64,000 nucleotides of DNA from Marsupella aquatica (Eukaryota > Plantae > Marchantiophyta), in the NCBI GenBank assembly GCA_973895155.1, contig OZ316899.1, positions 13,333,934 through 13,397,933 of the forward strand. Reading direction: 5' to 3'. The first letter of the stretch is position 1. Every line of letters starts with the position of its first letter. The position numbers and the translations under genes are program-made. This document shows, piece by piece, positions 1-10,600 of this stretch. The notes beneath the pieces are model-generated. The model was given only the letters and a program-made list of their open reading frames with translations, was not told where the DNA came from and did no database searches.

Positions 1-477
1 ACTCACTCTCCTCTGCTTGCCATAGATGCAATCTTCACAGAAAGGAAGTTTTCCAGATTGTGCGCCTTGCAACAATTCTTTATTTGCCAAGGTTGCCAAT
101 CGATCCTTTACCACTCAAGTGCCCTGGACGTGCATGCCATAAATCTATGGCCTGTGTGCGACCAGATGTCGATGGTGCTTCAATTGAAGCAACCAACAAT
201 GCCACTGCATCCAATGTTCCACCACAAAATCCACATGCTCCACTCTAGGAGCAATGACATCTCCTTGCAAGATGTACAAATTATTCTATCGGAGGGCCTT
301 AATCAAAGATACCTCACCTTTGACAACAAGGAGCGCACCATCACGTGCAGTGAAATGATATCCACCAGCTTCCAAAGCACCAAGAGAAATCAAGTTCTTA
401 GAGATGTCTGGTATGTGCTTGACTTCCGTCAATGCTCGTACAACACCATCATTGACGGAAGTCAACACACTTCCGTC

Positions 478-632
478 AAGATGATTGATTATTCCCTTAA
501 GCCAATGTGGCTTATTATATGTTGTACATTGGGGTAGTTGTAACTACCCTTTCCTAGTCTTGTGTCTCTTTATATCTAGGTATTGCATACCTCTTTGTAT
601 CATATGGGCTAAGGGTTAAATATATTCTAACA
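478..632 (-). mobile_element. Truncated copy of the Bianca-type LTR inserted in the old copia
   Basis: Reverse complement of the first ~155 bp of the LTR at 7650-7835. It carries the 5'-LTR allele GAGACACAAGACTAGG and lacks the last ~30 bp. Confidence 0.95.
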
Positions 633-1044
633 AACATCAACATTTTCTCGAGGAAAACATCAACCCAAGACCCGTAAGAGATCAAGTCGAGCACAAAGAC
701 TCCATAGCCAAAGAGATTAGGCTACAAACAACAAAACATAAAATGATATTGCTCCGCACTCGCCGAATGAAATGCTGTGAAACTTTCATTGAGACAAAGT
801 GCCTGCCGCTGCACACAATGAAATGCAAGATTGTCCGCCTGACAGTACATTCACAAAACCAAAGACACATCCGACACTTCTAATATGAAGTTTCAATCAG
901 GAAACAGTCACTCCTTCTGAACGCAAAACCTCCAGCACACAACGACCAGTGACACAATCACACGAAAACAATCTGATCCGTCACCATGATTCAACACAAA
1001 GAATACTCTCACCACTGTCCAGGCAACTGAATGTCAAACACAAA

Positions 1045-1056
1045 GCTCTGATACCA
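1045..1056 (-). promoter_or_regulatory. Primer binding site (tRNA-iMet)
   Basis: gctctgatacca on + equals TGGTATCAGAGC on -, 2 nt inside the LTR end. Confidence 0.9.
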
Positions 1057-1058
1057 CT

Positions 1059-2840
1059 TGTAGGAAACCGTCAGCTCCAGACTAGACAGCAATGCGGGAC
1101 ATGAGAAGTCGCGGAACTCGACTACCTTAACACTTAGCTCCGGCATTGCTGACTCCGACACCGAGCTCCCTTATGGTCCAGGCCCGGATAGGCCATCCGG
1201 GGAGGACTTAGCATGGGGAGACTTGTGGGCAATGAGACGTGGCACTAGCGAGGCAAGGGGCCAAGTTGGGGACACAAACTAAGGACTTGGACTAGCCTAT
1301 GGCTGGTCGGGTCAAGGGGAAATGGGCCGAGCTCAAGGATGGCCGTCCAGACTGTCGGATGGGCTTTGAGTTTTGAGGGCTTGGGAGTGAGCTCCTCTTG
1401 GGCCCAAGGCCAATGGAGTTGACGCCGTTGGTAACGGACGCTTGGGGCGCAAGTTGTGGCCCGATCTGGGTTGGGCCGGTCAGGGGCCCCAAGCGGCAAT
1501 CAGACCTAGGCATGAGCACTGGGTCGGCCCGGTCACAACGGGCTAGGGCACTCTGCTTGCGGATGCCTATCAAGAAAGTTATAGGCGTTGTCAGTTGGTG
1601 GCGCACCCATTATGCGCGATGGGATCCGGGTTGGGGGCCAAATGTTTAGGGACCAAAGCTGGTCCGGGGGTGGCAGGTCTCCAGAATCATATATGAGGGG
1701 AGTGGTGTCTCCCTGGGGGCTAAGGTCGAGCCGAAGTCGTGAGCCGCGGCGATCGCGACACTAAGGGAAACCGCCAAACGGAAATGGCGATATCTCCCCA
1801 ACGGGAAGTCCGTTGGAGGACTTCTTAGGTGTGTTGGAAAGCTCTTGAGGAGGGCTACGCCCTCTTGAGATCAGCTGGGTCTGGAGGTGCCATGGGTTCT
1901 TGTGGTTTGCGGGTGTTAGCTCGCCCGTTTGCCAAATCCTACCGAATAGTAGCCAAGCCGCGTTCAGCCTCCCAAGGGAGCTTGCGTTGGGGAGGAAAGG
2001 CCAAGTAGGTATGGAGGCTGAGTCCCAAGGGCGCTCGGTCCCTAGACCATCAGTGGGGCAAACCGGGAGCGATTGTTAGAGTCCGGGCCATTCTGGTCCC
2101 GGCGTGTTGAGACAAGTTTGGACAACCTTTAGGACAAGCTATGCTATTTGGGCCATGAGCATGTCCTGGGGTCAGGGCGGTCAGTTGGTGATGGATAGGT
2201 ACGAGGGGGAACCCGGGCCGCGCCCAAGGAAGGAGCTGTCCTGGACGGACAGTGGGCGTGGGTTCTGATTCCAGCTTATGGCATCGGGAGGACCTATCGC
2301 TGACCTATTTACCAACGTCTGTTGAGCTTGAGTTAGGATGCTAGACTTGGCGAGTTCTAGATCCGGTGGGGTTACTTACCGAGGTGCTTGGTTGCTTGTG
2401 CAGACAGTGAGGACCGTTGAGTAGCGGTCGTGTAGGTGAGCAAGTGCGGCTTCGTATGGGAGTGGCCACAGGTGGTGCTAGAGGCACTTGGATGCTTGCT
2501 CGAAGTAATTCCGTGGAGGCGTTCGGGCACCAAGGGCACCTTAGGCGCAAGTGCTAGGATTGGTGAGGGCGCTGGGTGGCTAGGTCCACCACTTGAGAGC
2601 ACTCAATCTCACACTACACCAACAAGACACCACGATCATGGAGAAAATCCTGAAGGATCCATAGCGATTGAACATGTGAAGAATGAGGGAGAGAATGCTC
2701 TCTCTCCAACTTATACCCCCCAAGGGGGACAAAGATGTGTGGGCCTAAATAAGTGGATCTTATCCTAAACTAACCAAGGGTCAATTAACCCTAGTAAGGC
2801 CAAACTAACTATAGTCGGAAACGAGAGTCAATTCCTAACA
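1059..2840 (-). mobile_element. 5' LTR (~1.78 kb) of the old copia element
   Basis: Bounded by TGTAGGAA...TTCCTAACA terminal inverted motifs and adjacent to the PBS. A diverged second copy lies at ~5535-6865. Confidence 0.8.
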
Positions 2841-2899
2841 CTTTCCTGGCACCTTCTTGGCATCTAGCAAAGTGACTAAACTTCTCATTTTATGGAGAA

Positions 2900-3270
2900 C
2901 TAGCCCCATGCCTGTGCGTTGCACAAAAGATGTTGAGGCGAGGAAAAGATGTCAATGAGAAAAAAGGAAGTTGAGGAGAGAAAAAAAAGTTGAGGTGAAA
3001 AAAAGATGTTGAGGTGAGAAAAGGGTGTTGAGATGAAAAAATATGTTGATGAGAGAAAAAGAAGTCCAGGTGAAGAAAAGTTGTTGGGGAGAGAAATGAT
3101 GGCGAAGTGAAAAAATGTAAAAATGAGGAAAATATGTTAAGGAAAGAAATGTTGAGCATGAGGGAAAAATGTCGCAGTGAGATAAAGATGTCAAGGTGAG
3201 AGAAGATGTGGAGGAGAGAAAAAGATGTCGAGGGGAGAAAAAATGTCAAGTGAGGAAAAAATGTCATGGT
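2900..3270 (-). mobile_element. Helitron 3' terminus with internal purine-rich ~19-20 bp tandem repeats
   Basis: The minus strand reads TGTGCAACGCACA (hairpin, 2913-2925)-GGCATGGGG-CTAG|T, the canonical Helitron 3' end. An AAAAGATGTTGAGGTGAG-like array follows at 2926-3270. The 5' end was not identified. Confidence 0.65.
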
Positions 3271-3989
3271 GAGGTAAAGATTCCATTTAAAAATAATAAT
3301 AATTTTATCCCCATTTTTCTAAAGTTGATAATTTAAAGTTAAGTTATTATCTTGGGTAGGTGCAGGCAGGCTAAATTGTAGTTAGGGTAGACATTTATTT
3401 GAAATGGTGTGTATGGATAGATCTGACAGTGTAAAAAAAAACAATGTTTTGATAAAGGTCTAAGATTGATTCCCATTTTTTTATGAATTTGGAAAAGAAC
3501 TATTTCATCTTCTTGGTAGAATGGGGTATTATTGGGAGACACTCCTTTCCCCCTATCATTACATCAAAGATACATTAAAAGGGAAAATCAAATTTTAGCT
3601 TTTTGAGAAAGAACAAAAAAACAAAACTACAAAATTCCCTTCCCACTAGTAAATATATTGTTCAAAATTATCTAAACCCATTTAGCTGGAGAGTATTTCT
3701 AATTATACATCTATTTACTTCCAATAGCACAAAGTATTTTCACATCTAATGATTGCATAGACTATTAAATATTCATATGTGATAAAAAATTATGCTCTAG
3801 TACCTGCTAGGTGTTCACTCACAATTATTATGACCTAGTTACCACCTACAGTAGGTACCTTATTGTCTTGTTTGCTTTGGTTACACTCATTCTGATCAAA
3901 GGTGGGAATCAAGGATAACATAAATCCAATGGTGAGCCAATGTTCCCACCAAATCTCATTTTGCAATGGGACGATTGACGACTTTTGGC

Positions 3990-5251
3990 GGGATCCAGTA
4001 TTTTATATGTAGATGAATAGTGTAAATGAACATTGACCACTCTGGATAGATGCCATCCACTAGAAGATACACTCTATTATACTCAACACCATTGACATGG
4101 AATGAAACATTTGCAGAATCATTGGACAACCATTCATTCAAAAGAGGGGATCTATCAAGCACATTCAAGTCATTGTTGCCCCCAGCCAAACCCCAGAATG
4201 CATGCCAAATCCAAAGTTCTTGATCTACAATTGCCTCCAATATGATAGACTTGGTCTTATCCTTGTCACTATACTGCCCCTGCCAAGCAACTGGGCAATT
4301 TTTCTATTGCCAGTGCATGCAATCCAAGGATCCAAACATTCCTGGAAATCCCCTCTCTTGATTAATTTCCAAATGATTATGAAAATCTTGAGCATTTGGC
4401 TTTCTCAAGTACCTGGCTTCATAGATTTCCCTGATGGCTTTTGTAAATCGATACAAAGACTCCAAGGCTATGCTCTCTCCGATTCTGCAATATTCATCCA
4501 TGGCATCTGCCCCTATACCATAAGCTAGTTGTTACAGAGCTATTGTTATTTTCTGGTGTGGAGATAGACCTGGTTTTCCTGTAGCATCAAACTTCACACA
4601 AAACTAATCATCATGTTCACATACTGCAAGAAGGATTTTATTGAATAATCTACTGCTCATTCAAAACCTTCTTCAAAATTTGAGTTCTCCATATGTAGGA
4701 CTGTCAGAGAAATAATTGTTTCACATATCATGTGCATTCTTCTCTCTATTTCGGTTGACATTCATGCTTCTGCCTGGCCTTGACCCTCCATTGTTTCTTA
4801 TCGTTGGAGGTGCCAGAATATGTTGGATGGACAATGGTCCACTATACATCATCATCCCCCAAAATTGATCCTCCTCGTCCCGATTGTCTTCATCATCTTC
4901 CACCATGTTCAAGAAATTTTCCCTCCATGCCTCCATAGGATCCATAGCAGCAAACCCGCGCAACCAAAATCTGAAAAACATAGCACAAGCGATGGCGCAC
5001 GACATCTGTGATGAGAAAGACACCAAGAAATAAATTTGTTGTCTCATCGCAAACATGACTGTGAGAAGATTGACCGGTTTGACCGGGACTATACCAGTTC
5101 AAACCCTGGTTACAGAATACAGGTTGTATTTTGGAGGCGATCGGTGGGGAACGCTCATTTTGTCGCATGCCCCGCTATTTCCCAGGCGTCTTTCTAGTGG
5201 TCAAATTTTTGGCTATAGCCGCCAACGGCTGCCAAATCATTGGAGATGCTC
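3990..5251 (-). pseudogene. PIF/Harbinger transposase remnant with one TIR
   Basis: Fragments GFPGMFGSLDCMHW, EAIVDQELWIWHAFWG..NNDLNVL and YLLVDGIYP are broken by stops and frameshifts. The TIR TTGGAGATGCTC at 5240-5251 is followed by TTA. The 3' part is truncated. Confidence 0.9.
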
Positions 5252-5534
5252 TTAGGGACATGCAACTCCTCATTCAACACCTCAAATTGAGTTTGAGCTT
5301 TGAGCGGAGGCGACAAGCAATAGTGCCCAACAATGTGGTCTTGTCAATGAGAAGATTGATAGCACTAACAAAGAGCTTGCATTGAATGCAATGGAGATAA
5401 ATGAGGTGGAGATCAATTGAACACAATGACGATGAGTGGGGAATGGCAAATTTGGGTTGAAATTACTTTGAGCCAAGAATTGTGAGTTTCTTGGAGTAGA
5501 GAATGGCAAACGACAATCTCAAAATGGCCATTTG

Positions 5535-6865
5535 GAGGGGACTAAGTATGGGGAGACTAGTGGGCAGCGAGGTGTTGCACTAGCAAGGGCAAGGCGCTAA
5601 GTTGGTGATGCACACTAAAGACTTAGACTAGCTTGGAGTTGATCGGGTCATGGGAAGGGCCGGACTCAAGGTGGATCGTTCGGACCCTTGGACAGACTTT
5701 GAGTTTTGAGGGCTTGAGGTGGGAGCTCCTCTTGGGTCCAAGGCTAACAAAATTTACTTCATGCAATGGACACTTGGCACATGAGATATGGCTGCATGGC
5801 CCCGGTGTGGCCGTCCGGAACCATCGGCTAACAACAGGTTTTGAGGGCCTAGACATGAGCATTGGTCGGTCCAATCACAATGGGCTAAGGCACTCCGCTT
5901 CTAAATGTCTAGCTAGAAAGTTATGGGCATAGCAAGTTAGTTGTATGCCCATGCGTGCGGGTTGGAGTCCAGATTGAGGGCCAAATATAGGGGCCAAAGT
6001 TGGTCCGGGGTGGCAGGTCTCCATAAGCATATACAAGGGGAGTGGTGTCTCCCTAGGGGCCAAGGGCAAGCCAAGTTGTGAGTCATAGCGGTCGCAACAC
6101 TAAGAGGAAAGATCAAACAAAAATGATAATAATTTCTCAATGGGAAGTCTGTCGGAGGACTTCTTGGATGCGTTGGGAAGCTCTTGAGGATGACTACATC
6201 CTCTTGAGTTGAGTTGGGTCTGGGGTGCCATGGATTCTTGGGGTTTACAGGGGCTATCTTGCCCGCTTGCCAAATCCTGCCAAAATAGTAGCCTTTCCCA
6301 TGGACCTATCCGTTAAGCGGGAACCTTGGAGTTGGTTGCTAGAGTCGGGGCCCTCTGGTCCCAACATTTTAGGAAAGCTTACGACAATCTTTGGGACAAG
6401 CCAGCTATTTGGGTTATGAGCAAGTCTTGGGGGCAAGGCGGTAAGCCAATGATGGATAGAAAGTGGGAACTCATAGGAGACACCCAAAGAGGGGTTGTCC
6501 TGAACAAACAATGGGTGTTGGCTCTAGCTTTGGCTTATGGCAAGGCCATGCGGGCCCAGGAAGTTTTATTTTCTGACCGACTTACCAATGGCTGTTGAGC
6601 TTGAGTTGGGATGCTAGTCTTGGAGTGCCTAGATCCTACAGGTTACTTACCAAGGAGTTTGGTTGCTTGTGCAGATAGTGAGGACCATTGAGCGATGGTT
6701 GTGTTAGGGAGCACATGCGGCTTCGTATGGGAGTTGCCGCTAGAGGTGCAAAAGGTACCAAGTTACTTGCTCAAGGAGTTGAGTGTAGACGGTTGGGCAC
6801 CAATGGCACTTAGACAAGGGTGTTGGGATTGGTGAGGGCACTGGATGGCAAGGTCCACCACTATT
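5535..6865 (-). mobile_element. Diverged partial copy of the 1059-2840 LTR family
   Basis: Colinear similarity to ~1200-2595 (e.g. TTTGAGTTTTGAGGGCTTG and GGTGGCAGGTCTCC blocks); termini missing. Confidence 0.85.
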
Positions 6866-7649
6866 GGGGAGTGACTCGTGGCAATATCTTGGGCAATATC
6901 CTTTTTGAATTTGTGTTTGTAAATGCAAGTTGCAATAGCTCCTTTAAGAACTTCTTTATACTTCAAATTGCATAGAGTGAAGTTGGTAGAAGACTCTCAT
7001 TCAATTGTTGTCTATTTGCAATCTTGACAGTAAGCATGTTTGCCCCAGTCAAGAGTTTGGTCTCATTCTCTTAAATGCTAATGTCAATAGAATCAATCGC
7101 AAAACTCTACTACCATACCACTTAGCTCTGGTGTGGTGCAATTCTCTCTCCTACACACAAGGAAAACATTGAGAACAAACCCATTCCTGTCAAAATTGGG
7201 CTGCTCTACGTCGTGAACTATGAATCCAACAATCGAGAATAGCACTTTTATGTATATTTACCTCAAAGATTCTTTGGTTTGGGGTTTAAGAAGATGGTGT
7301 ACACACTTACTAACTCTTCTATCCCCTGCATTGATATGTTTGGATTCCACCACTGATCGGCTTGATAACTCAAACCGTGTGAGGGAATCTTCAAAACTCG
7401 TACACACTCAACCCAACAACAAGCTCCTTGCCTTACAAGTAAATTGAATGGGCCAATTCCAATCAGAACTTAGATGCAACACACAACAAAAACTCAAAAA
7501 ATTTCTATACTAATTGGAGCCAACTCCAGTAATGCACTCAACCACGTACACAAAACATCAGGCATACATTCTATGAGCTAAGTTTTTCAGCCAACTCAAT
7601 TCAAACAATATACATGGGAATTGCAGTGAATTCTTTACTAAGTACTTTA

Positions 7650-10600
7650 TGTTAGAATATATTTAACCCTTAGCCCATATGATACAAAGAGGTATGCAAT
7701 ACCTAGATATAAAGAGACACAAGACTAGGAAAGGGTAGTTACAACTACCCCAATGTACAACATATAATAAGCCACATTGGCTTAAGGGAATAATCAATCA
7801 TCTTTGTTGGTGTATATACATTTCATAACTTAACACGTTATCAGCACATGATTTTGCTCCTCCAACAACTCTCGAGCTACTCATAGGCCTCTTGTGAATT
7901 TCTTTTTTTCTGCGAACGAAGCATCGAACGAAATTCCCCAAGACATATTTTTTCTTTTCTTTCGCCAAGTACACCACAAAAATTTTCATCGACTATGACT
8001 ACATTGGAGAAGCTCCAATTCCCATTGCTCACAACAGATGGCGACAATTATTTATCTTGGGCACAGAATACAGAAATTGTTCTCAACATGAAAGGCCTCG
8101 GCGACATTATCTTAGCAGATATCAATGGCACATTACAACAAAAGGCTCAGGCACTATATATCATTCGCCATCACCTCGCTGCCGAACTACAACTTGAATA
8201 CCTTACAGAGTTTAATCCTCGAGTCCTATGGGACGCTCTCAAATTGAGATTCGACCATCTGCGTCTAATTTCCCTACCAGCTGCACGAAATGAATGGATT
8301 CATTTACGAGTTCTAGACTACCCTACAATTGCGAAATTCAATAGCACCTTATTTTGGATAACTGCTCAGCTAGCAGCCTGCGGCAAACCAATCGATGAAG
8401 CAGCAAAGATCGAAAAGACTCTTTCTACATTCTCGGCAGCGAACATGCAGTTATCACAGATTTATAGACAACGTCATTTCACCCAATTCTCAGATTTGAT
8501 TGCAGTCATGCTCCTGGCTGAAAAGAATGACCTCCTCCTTCTGAGGAACTCTCACGAGCGACCACCAGGCACGCTTCCTAAACCGGAAATACAATTCACG
8601 AATACCAATAGAGGTAATTCCTCTTACAATCGACCTCGTGGCCAATTTAAAGGCAATCCAAGTCGTTTTAATCAATTCCACAAGAGACAACATTTTCGCA
8701 CAGACAAAGGCAAAAACTTCAAGCCTCTCATGAATTCTTGGTATCGTAACCCCAACCATATGCCAAATAAACCTGCACAGAATTACCCCACAAATAATCA
8801 GCCCAAGTGTTTCCGTTGCGGTGGGATAGGGCATATCCAAAAGAATTGTAGAATTCAAGCTCACCTAGTCAAACTATACCAGGCCTCCCTCAAAACATCC
8901 AACACCTTAACAGCCGCACATCACTTGGAGATTGATGACGATCTCTCCAAATATACGCTTGCACCTCCCCCACCAGAGGTCCATATAATATCACATGGAG
9001 TAAATGACACATCTCTCGCCGGTGCTGATATTTGCATTCTTGACAGCGGCACTTCTCACTCCATCCTAAAAGACAAATGTTATTTCCAGCACATATACCC
9101 ATCAAATAGACCTGTGACTACTATCACAGGTATAAACCAATTAGAGGAAGGCCATGGACCTGCCCAACTTACCCTTCCTCAAGGCACAACCATTAAAATT
9201 GCATCTGCCATATATGCCCCACTCACGACACGAAACTTACTAAGTTTCCATGATGTCCGTCAAAACAATCTCCACATACGCTCTGCACCCAACAACCACA
9301 GAAACTCTCTACAGATTTTTCGAGAAACTGATAATGGCCCCATCACAGTACTAGAGACATTACTACTCCATCCCCCCGGCGTTTATGCCACTAAGATCAT
9401 GTCTTACAATTCCCAACGACAACAATTATCCCCAACAGAATTATGGCATATCCGCCTAGGCCACCCAGGCCCAGGGATGTACCATAAAATTATGAAGAAC
9501 ACCATTGGCATACCAAAAGGAGTACACCCATCCACGAAGTTAGACACTTGCATCCCCTGTGCACAAGGCAAATTTATCACTCATCCAGCTTTCACTAAGA
9601 ACACCTATCAAATCCCTGACTTCCTCTCACAGATCAATGTGGACGTCTGCGGACCTATTGATCCACCGAGTGGACCATTTAGGTTTTTCCTAGTAATGAT
9701 CTGCTCCTCAACCAAATGGTCCTCTGTTTCTTTAATTTCCACCAGAAACCTTGTCTTTGCCAGACTGCTAACACAGCTTATACGTCTTCGCACTCAATTC
9801 CCTGACTCTCCTATCAAAATAATTCGAATTGATAATGCTAGCGAATTTACATCACCAGCATTCGATGACTTCTGTCAAGTCCTGGGCATCACAATTCAAT
9901 ACTCAGTACCATATGTACATTTCCAGAATGGTACTGCAGAGGCATTAATAAAACATTTACAGATGATCTCAAGACCTATGCTATTACAGACACAACTCCC
10001 ACTTACAGCCTGGGGACATGCTATACTCCATGGCGCTGCACTAGTGCGATATAGACCATCGGCTTTTAATATTTACACACCACACCAACTAGCATATGGC
10101 TCTATACCAGATATTACACACCTGAAAGTGTTTGGCTGCCTTGTTCTGGTACCCATTCTTGGCCCCAAGCACACCAAGATGGGACCACAGCGTCGACGTG
10201 GCATCTATATTGGCTACGACTCTCCCTCGATAATAAGGTATCTCGAACCCACCACTGCTGATGTGTTTCGAGCTCGATACCAGGACTGTAAATTCTGTGA
10301 AGACACCTTCCCAACACTTCTAACTCCAGCACAACTCTCCAAACAGCCTGTCTCAACACACACATTAGACTGGACAACAAAGGATCCATTCTGGAATGAT
10401 CCTCGTACTCAATTGACAAACGATGAAGTGAAACGCATTCTGAACCTCCATCAAATTATGGAGAAAATACCTGACGCATTTAATGATGCTACAAATGTAA
10501 CAAAATCACATATAGATGCAGCCAATACTCCTGCAAGAATTCATATACCAGATACTCGAGCCACAGACCTCGCTCCCAAGGCTAAGCGAGGCAGACCTTC

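Larger units (their letters stand above)
1..1058 (-). mobile_element. Degenerate Ty1/copia internal region (5' part, gag-pol remnant), continuing beyond the window start
   Basis: ORF 286..468 (DGVVRALTEVKHIPDISKNLISLGALE) is a typical copia post-protease segment. The PBS TGGTATCAGAGC (initiator tRNA-Met) lies on the minus strand at 1045-1056. Confidence 0.85.

Noticed and set aside
1245-2768. Several 70-110 aa ORFs
   Set aside because: They lie in a GC-rich LTR and are not preserved in the diverged copy at 5535-6865.
2890-3267. Phe/Leu/Ser-rich ORF resembling a membrane protein
   Set aside because: Artefact of the pyrimidine-rich strand of a minisatellite.
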